Origin: Vitrella brassicaformis CCMP3155
Taxonomy: Eukaryota > Protista > Chromerida
Reading direction: 5' to 3'
Assembly: GCA_001179505.1 (NCBI GenBank)
Contig: CDMY01000850.1
Span: 182,719 to 246,718, forward strand
DNA length: 64,000 nt
Shown piece by piece: positions 47,361-59,665 of the stretch; position 1 is the stretch's first letter; each line of letters starts with the position of its first letter. The notes under the pieces are model-generated. The model saw only the letters and a list, made by a program, of their open reading frames with translations. It made no database searches and had not been told where the DNA came from. The translations under genes and the position numbers were made by a program.

Positions 47361-48176
47361 ATGCTGATCGTGGCGTTGCTCAATCTGTGCATTCTTGTCT
47401 CTCCGCATGCTTCGACTGCAGCCAGCGGTGTCCGCCCGAGTGCATCCATCCCCATGCTGAAGGTCGGCCAGCGGCACTCTGACGACGCCATATTCGACGC
47501 CCTCGGCACCATCAAAGGGCGGCCTCCCAACCATCCCTTTGTCCGCGGCACGCTCCTGAGGTACCCGACCTCGTCGATGGCGCCGTCCTCTTACATGGTC
47601 AATCACAAGCGGTTCCTCATCGGCCACGGCGAGAAGGCCTACCACTTCGCCTCCCGCGCCCTGCTCTCGTGGCAGCTCATCAACGAGAGCCTCGAGTGGA
47701 TCCGCATCGACAGACGGGGCGAGGCCGTCACGACCTGCGCAAAGGCCTACGGCGTGTCCGCCATCAACCCATGCCTCTACCAATACGAGCTGATTGACCA
47801 GCGCGCGGCCAGGCCGTCGGGCAGAGAGGTGGTCTATACGGCTGTGGGCTACTCGACCGTCAAGGGCCACCTGCTGGCCGGCGAGGAGCGGTTCACCGTG
47901 GCCTGGAACCAGACGCCCAGAAAGGGCGGCCCCGTGTCGCGCATTTTCGGCCTCCGGAAGCAACGGCCGGCGAATGACAGTGACAGTGAGGGCGATGGCA
48001 TCGAGAGTGAGAAGGACGGTGTGTGGTTTGAGGTCTACTCGTACTCCAGGCCCTCTGGCGTGCTGGGCCGGCTTGCTGCGGTGGCGGTGCGGCCGCTGCA
48101 GAGGCGGTTTGCGGCTGACCTGGCCGCCAAGATGCCGGCATACGTGGCCAAGGCTGTCAAGGAAGGGGGCGACTAG
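47361..48176 (+). CDS. DUF1990 (UPF0548) family protein with signal peptide, single exon
   Basis: IGHGEKAYHFASRALLSWQ, YSTVKGHLLAGEERFTVAW, VWFEVYSYSRPS, VRPLQRRF. Confidence 0.85.
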   Translation: MLIVALLNLCILVSPHASTAASGVRPSASIPMLKVGQRHSDDAIFDALGTIKGRPPNHPFVRGTLLRYPTSSMAPSSYMVNHKRFLIGHGEKAYHFASRALLSWQLINESLEWIRIDRRGEAVTTCAKAYGVSAINPCLYQYELIDQRAARPSGREVVYTAVGYSTVKGHLLAGEERFTVAWNQTPRKGGPVSRIFGLRKQRPANDSDSEGDGIESEKDGVWFEVYSYSRPSGVLGRLAAVAVRPLQRRFAADLAAKMPAYVAKAVKEGGD

Positions 48177-48795
48177 GCAATTTTGCGGGGAGGGTTTAAA
48201 TAGCTGGCTGGCGCCCGCGCGCGTGTTGGTGTTGCTGGATACTGTTCTTGACTGTATGTTGCGTGTGTCTTCGTGGACGGTGGCTAGAAAGTGACGCGCG
48301 CATGAGCCTTTCAATGCGACATTTGACGGTCGTCTGGTTGGATGCTTTACCCTTGAAGTCTGGCCACCCACCCATATCTGACTGAAAGTCTGTCCTGTCC
48401 GACATCGTATCGTCTGCCCATGCTATGCTGGCTCTGTTCTTGAGCATTGCTCCCAAAGTAGTCGCTGCTGCCCTTTTCCCGCTTGCTTGTCTGTCCGTCC
48501 GTCCACCCACCCACTGTTGAAAGCTACGGTCCCTCGCCCACTCACTTCGCCCACCCCCCACCCTTCCACAGCCATCCACCCCACCCCACCCTATCAAGCA
48601 ACCATATGCACACCACACACCAAAACCCCCCATATCTCACTCACTCTCACCCCCGAAAGACAACATCTGTCTGTCTGTCTGTCTGTCACCACACACACCC
48701 TCTTCACCTACTCACTCCGGCACTGCACCCCTACTCCCTGCATGACTGACTGACTGACATGATGCGTGTGGTCCATCTGTCTTGTTTTTCTAGAT

Positions 48796-51700
48796 CTAGA
48801 CAGGGGTGTATCGTCTGACCTCCTGTCTGCAGATGGGGCACAGCGGGTGTCTGTTTCGCATGAGTGTCTGGGCACAGGATGAGCACACGCAGACGTGGTT
48901 GCACGGGATGAGCAGGGTGTTCTTCTGCACCGCCTGACAAATCTGACAGTCCGTCGCCTCGGCCCGCCCCTCCTGCTTGCCCGCCTCGCGGCTCTCACGA
49001 CGGATCCGCGACAGAGCCTGGGTGGCGAGGTCCTGCAGGGCCGGGATCTCCTCTGCGGAGAGGTGTCGCTGTCTGTCGTTGAGGTGCATGTGGAAACCGG
49101 TGAGCTCCGGTCGTCAGGCTCTTAAGGGTCTCTTCCAGTCTGACAGACAGACAGACAGACAGACATGCAGATGGAGGAGGGGTGGTGGGGGATGGGGTTG
49201 GGGGGTCAGATTACTTGTCGATTTGGTTGCGGCGGAGCTGTTCGATGTCACCCTCGAGGGCCTTGATGCTTGCCTGCAGACTGGGGAGGGCAAGAGATGA
49301 ATCGATGGATGGATGGATGGATGGATGAAGGGATGAATGGACGAGTCGTCTTCCTGACTTGACTTACTTGTTGACGTTCTGCTGTCTGTCGTTGGCCTCC
49401 TTCTTTGCCGCCTCCAGCTGGTCTGTCACGCTGCACACAAGGGGCGTGGGGAGGGATGTGGTCTGTCTTGTGTGATTGATGTGGCGTGGCGGAGGCTCAC
49501 TTGCGGATCTGCACGCTGTGGTTGGCTCTCTCCTTGTCTAGCAGACTGCACACATACATATGCACATGCACACAGCCACAGAGACATTGAACGCCGCTTC
49601 GTTCCGTCTCAGTCCCCCCCGCACCCGCCACCCACCTCTGCAGTTTGGCCTTTTGTACTTCCAGCTCCGTTTGTTTCTCCGCCTCAACAGCCTGCAGACG
49701 CTCAGTCGCTCTGGTGGGGCACACACACCCACACACACACAGAGAGAGAGAGAGACAGAGACACATACAACCATTTTCACTGACGCGTGAGCTTATTTGG
49801 AGACGCCCCTCACTGAGTCACTGAGTGACTCACTTCTGCAATTTGGCCTTGTGCTCATCGAGTTCCTTGCGGCTCTTGTTCTGCTCCATCTGCAGCGACG
49901 TCTTAGTCGCGGAAATCTCCTCCCTCGTCCTGCATGCCATGCATCCACACACACACACACACGTGTGTGAGAGTGGTTGTCCTGTCCCTCCCTCCCTCCC
50001 TCCCTCCGTCCGTCACTTACTTGTGAATCTGGTCCAGGTACGCTGCGATTTCCTCCTGGTGCTTCTTGATCTCCTTCTCGTGTGCGCTGCACACACACGT
50101 CAGTCACACCACATCACTCACGCAGATGCGGTGTGGTGGTGTGGGGCTCCCATCTGCCTCGCCCACCAACCCTCCCACCCACCTCTGCAGTTTGGCCTTC
50201 TGTTCTTCCAGCTCCTTTCGCTTCTCGACTTCAGCAGCCTGCAGACGCCCAATGGTCCTGGTGGTGCACACACGCACACACACGCACACACACGAGTGGG
50301 CCCATGTGCACAGAAGAGAGCCATCGACTGACTGACTCAACTCACTTTGTGATGACGGCTCGTTGCTCCTTCTCTCTGGCTTGTAGTTCTTTGAGCTCCT
50401 TGTTGGCTTGCTCCTGCAGCCGCTGGCTCTCCTGGAGCAGCTGGGTGTTGGTGTTGGCCTTGTCCGTCAGCTCTTGCTGGTCCTGCAGCAGCTGCTGCTT
50501 CTCAATCTCGAAGGCGCGGATCTGGTCCTCGTAGCTGAGAGAAGACACGGAGGGAGAGAGAGAGCACTGCCGTGTCCCTTGTGCAGTGCAGTCCTGTAAA
50601 CTCACGCTTGCAGTGTGGCAGCATCGCTGTAGACCTCCAGCTTGCCCAGGTCCGCCATCAAACTGACAGACATGCAGACAAGACATACTGAGATGTCCGT
50701 ATGTCCCATCGCGTGTGTGGCCACATCCATCCATCCATCCACTTATCCTTTTACGCCTCTATGTCCTGCTCTCTCTCGTCCAGTTGCTGCTCGAGGGCGC
50801 TCTTCTGCTCGGCCAGCTGCTTCTTCTCCGCCTCCAGCTGCCTGCACACACAAACACGCACTCACAGGGGGGTGATTGCTGATATGTATGGTGTGTGTGT
50901 GTGTGTGTGTGTCTGTGTGTGTGGTCGTACGATTGCGTCTTCTGCATGTCATCGAGGCGTTTCTTGAGCCTTTCCACGTCCCCCGCGGCGCCCGATTTCC
51001 TCTTGAGGCGTCGACACTGGTGCGTGCGCTGACGCCGGTACTTGTCCATCCGCAAGGCCTTCTCGTCCATTTCCTCTCGCTCGTCGTTCCCGGCCCAGTC
51101 CATTCCTTCTCCCTCGTCTCCCTCTTCGTCTTCCTCGTCGTCTTCCTCATCGGAGTCCGTCGAATCGAGCTCCTCCGACACACCCACGGGCCTGGCATGA
51201 CACGGATGACACGGATGACACGGCGTCAGCAAGCAAGCAAACAACGAATGTGCCTTGTCTTAGGCCTCCCTCCCTCCATTCATTCATTCATCCATCCATC
51301 CATCTGTCCAAGCAGTCAAACTTACCCGTCTCTGTGCGGCCCCTGTCCCTTGTCGACACTGTCCCTGGACACACAAAGCCATCAGGAGAAAAACCCCTCG
51401 ATAATTGCACCACGCATTGGAGACCCAAGGGGCACCCTACTTGGTCTGCTGCTGCTGCTGGTGCTGCTGTGGCTGTTGGTCAGCGGCAGGTTTCTGGGCC
51501 GCCGCTCTTTGGCCGAGGTCCCCTGAGTGACCGTATGCTTTGGCCTGCATGCCATGCGCATCATATATGCACACACACGAGGACAGACAAGGCACGGATG
51601 GATAGAACATCAGTGTGTGTGCTGTGCTGTGATGGGTCCCCCGATTGGATTGCTGGGCTTAGCTTACGGGTCGGTCTGAATGCCAACGGTGTTGTCATTG

Positions 51701-53613
51701 AGAGAGGTGGACGTCGATGCGTGTGCGACACTGTGCGGGTCGGCGGGGCGATTGGCAACCTGCTTCACAGGACCAGCAGCTCCATTGGGGTGAGGAGGAA
51801 GGTCGCTCGGCTCGGGTGGCCTGTAGGAAAGGTGACCATGGTGATAGAAATGAGTCAGTCACTGGCCCTCCTGCCACATGTGTGCCTTCCTCACATGTCT
51901 TCTGCAGCTCCCTGTTGGTCGTTCGGCTGATCCTTGCGGCGGCTGGCCCTAAGCTGCTGCACCATCCGTGGTAACTGACGCACAGCAGCACGGACACACA
52001 GCACAGAGATGCTTCCCTGATTGCGTCTGGTGTGGCCTGCCTCGTGTGGGTCGTTCTTGCTTGCTTACATCGATCTCCAACACCGACAGGTCCGCCTGCG
52101 TGAGAAATCACAGGCAGGATGCATTGCACCATCCCATCAGGAAGCGCTGTCAATGTGTGTGTGTGTGTGTTTTCATCAGACCGACCCGGAGCAGTTTGGC
52201 GAAGGGGTGTCCTTTGTCCCGGGACTCCTCTGTGCCCTCACAGTACCTGCAGGCACACACACAGCAATGAACACACGGACGGACGGACGGACGGGCCGAC
52301 AGGGTGCGGTGCAGACATCTTATAGGTCGCGTAGCGTACGTGATCATGTCGCACATGAACTGCCGAACCACACCGTACCAGCCCTTCCCTGCGCACACAC
52401 ATTGACGGGCAGTCTGTGTGTGGGGTGCTATGCTGTGTAGAAATGTTCACCTTTGACTTTGACGTTTCTCAGGGTGCTCTCCTTGGTGTGGTGCAGCTGC
52501 ACTGCCTTGGTCACCACGTCCACTAGACGAGCGTCGTTCAACAGCCGCCGCATCTCGTCTTTGTTCCCGCAGATGCCGGGGGTGGAGACGAGCTTGACGA
52601 ACCGTCGGAGGGAGGAGCCGTCGAGTGTGTTGCACCCCGTCGGCCAGTATCGGCCCATGGTCGCTGTCACAGCGGACGCTAAGTGGCACTCCAGCAACTC
52701 ACACACATCACGCGACTCTGCACACACATACCAGAAAGGCCCCCTGTTTTCCCGTCCGTCCGTCCGTCCGTCCGTCCGTGTGTGTGTGTGTGTGTTGGTG
52801 CGTACCAAGCAGGATAACCGGAATGGCCAGTGTCTTGATGTATGCGATCCCGCCCTCAGCGGCGGATCCCGACCCCTCCCCTCTCGCCAACTTCCACATG
52901 GTTTGGCCCGTCTCCTGGAGGACGCTCTGGACGCTCTCGTGGGACGACAGCATGCGGCTCAGCCGCTCAACAGCACCCTCCGCACCGCTGCGCTCTGACC
53001 ACACACAACATGATACAACAACACCAGACACATACTCATGGAGGACGGATAGATGTGTGTGTGTGTGTGTGTGGTACCTATGTAGTCACAGATACATCCG
53101 AGGATGAGCACTGCGGGTGCTTTGAGGTCCTCCTCCGATCCTGCGATGACTTTGCAGAGGTCCGGTACGTACTTGGCTGCGGCCTTCTCGAATGGCCACC
53201 GGCCCTTCCCCTTGACAACGGGGGCTGCACACACGCACATTGCACACAGGGCAGAAGCACCGCATGTGTGCAGCACAGCACATGGTGACACCTCTTCAGA
53301 GTTCCACCTTCCACAGTCGCACACGCCAGCTTGTGAACGAGGGGCATGAGGGCTTTGCCATTTTTCTTGGTCGGGTGGCCGAGAACGTCCATCGCCTCCT
53401 GGTACATCCATATCACACTATCCAGTGGTGACACGCAATCCTCAGGCTGGAAGAGTCCCTGCTCTTCTTGTGGGACGCCTGCGCAAACAGACACATGACA
53501 TGAAATGTGACGACGAAGTGGTCATTGTGGCGCCTTCTGCATCGGTGTTGACCTCTCTGTGAGCGGGGCCCTGGCGGCCGAGCCCCACCGGAGCCTGAGG
53601 CTGCCGCACTCAT
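48796..53613 (-). CDS. Putative RING E3 ubiquitin ligase: helical N-terminus, acidic and coiled-coil middle, C-terminal C3HC4 RING
   Basis: CQICQAVQKNTLLIPCNHVCVCSSCAQTLMRNRHPLCPICRQ; several coiled-coil exons ending KAKLQ; first exon MSAAASGSGG splices in frame; linkage of all exons into one gene is inferred. Confidence 0.72.
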
Positions 53614-53928
53614 GCCTGACGACAAAAATATGACGACAGGATACCACGAGGCATGAATTGGAACGGTCCCTGTTGGTATTTCTATCGTACGTACCCCCTC
53701 TGTTTCGCTGTACCTTTCAACCGAATCTCAAACTTCACGGTTTCACGGAGCGCAAGCTTCGTCCCCAAACCCTTAACCTCACCGCCGCCTTTCCGTGTTT
53801 CCTGCGGACGGTCTTTTCTGCCCACAACAAGGGACTCGTCCCCCCCACCAGGACCGCCCTGACCCGCCCCCTTTGAGTGTTGCTGCATTTTGACTGAGGA
53901 GGAGGACTTCGGCAGACTGTAATTCCAC

Positions 53929-56329
53929 ATGGGTCGGCGAGGCGAGATGGGCGTAGTGGGCTGGTCCCTGGCGGCCATCCGAGCGGGTGTGTTCTTGGCG
54001 CTGTCTGTGCCGCTGTCGGCAGTGTTCTTCGCCATGTCGCCCGTCTTCCATCTCCTGCACATGCTCACCGACTCCATCATGTGGTTCTTCATCGGCAAGT
54101 GCTTCATCTACAACATCAGCTGGGAGGTACGCCACGCCCGTGTCGAGAGTTGCGCATTGCTCTGCTAGGTGTGCACTGCACACAGTGCGCATGTCTGTCT
54201 GTCTGGCTGTCTTGTGTGTGGCGCATTGCATGCAGGATCCACGCATCGACCAGCGTCTGTTCCGTCTGTCTGAGAGCGACCACGTCATTACCCTCTGCTC
54301 AGCCGGCGACAACGCACTCGACTACATCCTGGAGGGCGCCAAGGTGACGGCCGTCGACCTCAACCCATGCCAGATCGCCCTCGCAGAGCTCAAGATGGTC
54401 GCCGCACAGTGCCTGCCTTACGAGGAGTTCTTCGCCATCTTCGCACTCTCCGACACGGCCTTGCTGCGGGCCCGCTACTTCAGCCAGTTGCGGCCGAAGA
54501 TGAGCTCGCTCGGTCAGCGGTTCTGGGACAGCTACGTGTACCGCCTCAAGAACTTCCTCTACTCGGGCAGCTCGGGCTTCGCCGCCTGGGTGCTATTCCG
54601 CGTCATATTCCCTCTCTTTGGCCTGAGCTGGATTCGCAAGTGAGTCGACCGGTCGGCAGAGGGGTGGGGAGGTGGACGTGTGTGCGTGTGTGTGTGATTG
54701 TAGGGCGGTTGAGCGCGGCGCGACTCGCGAGGAGTTCTTGCGCGAGGTTGAGATGCACTCTCGTCAGGTCAAGACGCTGTGCTACATCTGCGACAAGTAC
54801 ATCTTCAAGGGCTTCGCGGCCTTCGCCGGGGTGCCCAAGGCGCAGCTCAAGCTGGGCCTGCACCGCAGCAACAACGCTGAGACCATCTTCAACATAGCCT
54901 TCCTGGTCCGTTCGTAGGCAGGCCGCACAGCACACGCCGCCTTTCTTGCCTTGATGCGCACCGCACCTATGTGTGTCATGCTGGCTGGCTTGCTGGCTCG
55001 CTGACGACTGACTGACAGTCATGGTGTGGTCGTTTCTGGTTGCCCCTGTGTGTGTCGGTGGTATGTGGGCTGGCCCCCGATGTGCCTATGCAGGAGTCGG
55101 ACCTGGTGCGCGACAACTACTTCTTCGGCGGGTATGTGCTGGGGAGGTGGACCAAGGAGTGCTGCCCGAGATACCTCAAGGAACACAACTACCCCAAGCT
55201 GCAGAAATACCTGCAGGTCAGTCAGGGGGCCCTTGGGTGTGCGTGTGTGTGCGTGTGCATCGATCTCTCTCTCTCCCTCTCTCTGTGTGTTGTGTTGTGT
55301 CGGCCAGGCCGGCAATCTGAAGCTGGTTTGTTCGTCGCTCGACGCGTTTTTGTCTGAGTGTGCCGACGGTGAGTTCACCGTGGCCTCTCTGCTGGACCAT
55401 CTCGACTGGATGAACGCCCACCAAGTCAACAGGGAAATCGCACACCTGCTACCAAAGATGGACCAGTAAGTAACCCACCACCATTCATCCCATTCATCCC
55501 ACACACACACACAACCCTCCATCCTCCATCCTCTCTCTTGTCCGAGCGTTCAGGCAGCGCGGCCGTCTGTTTTGGCGTTCGTTCTCTGAGCGTCTGCACT
55601 CGGCCCCCCTGGTGTGGCTGAACCCCAAGCGCGTCGACGACACTGGGGACCGAGTGGGCATGTACTTCTCCACCTGGATCGCCAGCGTGGCCGACAGCGA
55701 CTACACACTCGTCGAGCGAACTCAGACCGCACACCTCTACCAACAGGTCGGTCTGTGTCTCTGTGTGTGTGTGTGTGGGGTGGGGGGTGGGGGGTGGGGG
55801 GAGAGAGGGAGAAGGGGAGAGATGTGTGTGTGTGTGTGTGTGTTGGTCATCCCATCCATTTGTTGATCGATCAGGGGTTGCTTCAGAACATCGTGACTGG
55901 CGCCAAGGTGGTGAGTTTCCCCTTCTGGCAGGCGTTCGTCAAGCCCCACCTGGACGACTCGGCCGCCATCAACCAGCACCAGTCTACCATGGAGGCCTTC
56001 TACAGATTCCAAAAAGAAGGCACGAACCGCACCCTCCCTCCCTCCCACACCCCCAAACCACCAAACCACCAACAACACTCACACGCACACACACGCATGT
56101 GGCGTGTGCACCACATGTGTTTGTCTGTCTGTGATGCATGCAGGCTACGACGCGTTTCGTGAGCGGATGTTGCACAGCCGTCCTTTGTTGATGGAGCTGA
56201 TTCCCATCCGCAAGGGCGGCAACATGGTATGGGTTGACATCGGCGGCGGCACCGCACGCAACCTAGAGTTCCTGCCCGTTGAGGTCGTCAAGAAATACTT
56301 CAAGGTATCAACATCTGTCCGGCAGCACA

Positions 56330-56365
<36 letters not shown>

Positions 56366-57243
56366 CGGAGGGAGGGAGGGAGGGAGGGAGGGAGGGAGTG
56401 GCCGGTGGCCATGCGAGTGTGGTCTGTGTGTGTGTCGCGCTGCAGGCGATCTACATTGTGGACATCAGCGCGTCGCTGTTGGAGATCGCAGCGCGTCGCG
56501 TCAAGGCCTGTGGTTTGGACCACATTGTGCATCTTGTCGAGGCAGACTGCACACACCCATCCGTGTGGAGGTAGGTAGGTCGACCAAGACAACAAACAGC
56601 ATGGCAGCCATACACACACACACACGGCGTGTTGGATGCACGTGTGGCCATCCATTCAGTTCTCTGCCCAGCCCTGGGAGCGTTGATGTGGTGACGATGA
56701 GCTACTCGCTGTCGATGATCCCCGACAAGCGCACCGCCGTCGCCAACGCCGTCAAACTACTCAAACCCAAGGGCAAGGGGTGAGCGAGTCGTCAATGAAT
56801 GGGGCCAGGCCACGAAGGTCTCAAACAAAGCCATCCGGGCCGTCTCTCTCTGTGTGTGTCTGTGTGTGTCTGTGTGTGCAGCACATTGGGTGTGGGTGAC
56901 TTCTTCCTCTACAACGTGAACGACCACAGACTGCCCCCTCACAAAGCGCTCCTCAGAAATGTACGACGACACCACCCATCCGCAACACGACGCTCATTTC
57001 ATTTGTGTCATCTTGTCATCTGCGCGCGTGTCACATCCCATGCCATGCCATGCCATGCAGGCTGAGGCCCGTTTCCACCGCTGGTGGTTCGCCAACGACC
57101 ACGTGCATCTGTTGGACCCGCCCACGCTGCGTCTGGTGACGGCATCCACCGAGACCATGTGGGACCAGCGCTTCAGGGGACCCATTCCATTCATACCCCT
57201 CTTCAGACCCATACACGGCGTCATGCTCGTCTCCACGCGATAG
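53929..57243 (+). CDS. BTA1: Betaine lipid (DGTS) synthase, BtaA-BtaB fusion
   Basis: BtaA/DUF3419 motifs YNISWEDPRID, SAGDNALDY, AVDLNPCQIAL, DHLDWM, FWRSFS, DRVGMYFSTW, then methyltransferase VWVDIGGGTARNLEF, TMSYSLSMIPD, LGVGDF; TAG 57241-57243. Confidence 0.9.
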
Positions 57244-59269
57244 GGAGACACACAGACAGACATAGGTGCATGCCATGTGTGTGGGTGTGTGTTGGGTGTG
57301 GTTGTGGTTGTCTATGGCGGAGTGTGCCCCCGGGGGGCAAGGCAAGAGGGGAGGGAGGAGAGGAGTCGTCGTTTCCGTTTTTGTGTGGTCCGTGTATTCC
57401 GTTCCGCGTTTGTTTTGTTTTTAGCGCTTCTGCCGTTTGTTTGTGTGTCCTCTCTACCGAAGGATTTTTGTTTCCCGAAAGCCTTCGGCCCTTTCTTTGT
57501 GCTGTCCGTCCGTTCTGTTGATAGGCATCACATACATACCATACATAACATACACACGTTTTACATAACATACATATGCTTTACATCTCATGGCCTCTAT
57601 CTGTCTGGCTTCCTACAGGTCTGCATGGATCGCATTTTTTCGCCCACCTCTCTTCTCCCAGCCGGGCGGCTTCCATTCCATGGCTGCATACCCACTTATT
57701 TAAGCAAGCTAGGGCTGCATACCATGCACACATACAGCGAGAGAGGGGGAGGGGGAGGGGGAGAGAGAGGCAGACAGACAGACAACCACCCGATTGATGT
57801 GTGTGAGAGGAGTGGATGGTTGGATCGATAAGAGTGAGTGAGCGCGTGTCTGCGATTTTGGCTGCGGAAGGAGAGAGAGACAGTGAGTGAGCGAGGAGAG
57901 AACGGAGGGAAGGAATGCTGTGCGATTTTTGCCTGGCAGCGATTCGCACAGGACGGAGAGTAGAGAGAGAGACAGAGCGAGAGAGAGAGAGAGTGATATT
58001 GTTGGGTCTTCAGGTGGAGATGTCAGTCTCTCTGGGCCGTCCCGTCACCCACCCCACACACCGACATACACAAGACCACACCGTGCGATGGAGGTTGAAG
58101 TTGTGACGGCCCAGGGGACCCCTCTGCCGTTTTGTAGACGTCTGCATATGATATACGTGTGTGTGAGAAGGGAGTGAGTGGGGGAGTGGGGGAGGGATCC
58201 ATAATTCAGATCTATATTGGAGGCTGACCACTGAGTGGTGCAAGCAACGGTCCGGTCGAGGGATGGATGGATGGATGGAAGGGTGTGCCTGTCTCTCTGT
58301 TGGTTTAATGGGCTGGTGGTGTGGGTGAGATTTCTTTACATGTATGTCTGTCTGAGGAATTGCGTGCGCGTCGACTGATTTGGGGAGGGAGGGGTCCCGG
58401 TGAGGCAGACGAGCGGGCCACCGCACATGTGGCCACAATGACATGGATGGATGGATGCATACATGAATTTCTTTCCTTTCACGGCACGGCGTCCACAATA
58501 CTTATGTGTGTGGGGGCGGAGCAGGAATCATATGAATGAGTTGATATTGTTGCCTTGCCTTGCCTTTCCTTGCCTGTCTTCTTGTTTCACATGATTAGTC
58601 ATTTTTCCCCAGAGAGCAGAGGAAACAAACCCTCTTGCTTGCCCACTCGCCCTCCCGCCCCACCATGGGTCGGTCACATCACCTGACGCAGCAGTGACTG
58701 GCAGTGACAGCCACCCAGGGGGACAGACAGACAGAGATGCAGACAGGCAGGGGAGGCAGGGAGGGGGGGCAACCTGACATCCGGATGAATGTGGGCCCGT
58801 GTGTGGTGTGTGTGGTGGGGGTGGTTTTGTTTTAAGGGCCTGCCTGCCTGGACTTACTCAGTGAGTGCTGCGCTGCGCTGCGCTGCGCTGTGCTGTGCTT
58901 GCTGCGTACGGTACCCACTGAGCCTGACCTTCAGACAAGACAGCTTCCTTATCCTACTCCACTGGTAAACAATTCAACCAATGGCTGCAGGGGCAAAGTT
59001 TGCCACCCCGCCCATCCCATCGATGAGTTCACGGCCCACAGCAGATGAGTCAACGCATATATACACACCGTCCGCACCGCACGTATGAAGTCCATCATCC
59101 ATGTGTCTACACACGCCACACACGCGTCCGTATGGCTCACATCCCCTCCCACGTCAGTCAGCTCGACTCGTTCGACCGCATCTCTGTCGGCTTTGTGGAG
59201 GAAGTCGAGTGTGTGGCCATCGATAGCGGCACCATGGCGGTCCGCACTGTGATTGTTACATATCTGTGC

Positions 59270-59420
59270 ACACACACACACACAGAAGGCATTCACACAT
59301 ACAAGCAAGCCCAGCCACACACACACGGGCCCCCACTGGCACTCACCCTTATCGCTGTGGTCGTCATCCTCACCACCATCGTTATCCTCTGCACAAAGCA
59401 CACGGACCGATGAATCCGAT
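59270..59420 (-). repeat. Decayed fragment homologous to the acidic exons at 62030-62190 and 62980-63110
   Basis: Shared intron/exon sequence (EDNDGGEDDDHSDK-like exon); the following exon reads GAT ATG TAA where paralogs have DMDG. Confidence 0.55.
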
Positions 59421-59665
59421 GTAATTGTGTACGTGTGAATCATCCGATATCGATCGATCTCGATCGACCGATCTCGTTCAGCAGCGAAATGGAATAACTG
59501 ACTGAGATGGGTGGATGGATGAGTGGAGGATGATGCACACTGACTGAGTGAGTGAGTGACTGACTGAATTGATCGCAGCAGTGAGTGACTGAGCGGCCTC
59601 GCGAGCACCTGATCGGTTGCTGCTCGCATAGTGAGACCCGCTCTGTCTCCCTGTCTGTCTGACTC

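Noticed and set aside
57250-59250. ORFs of 60-230 aa downstream of BTA1
   Set aside because: Dominated by microsatellite-derived translations; no coherent gene model
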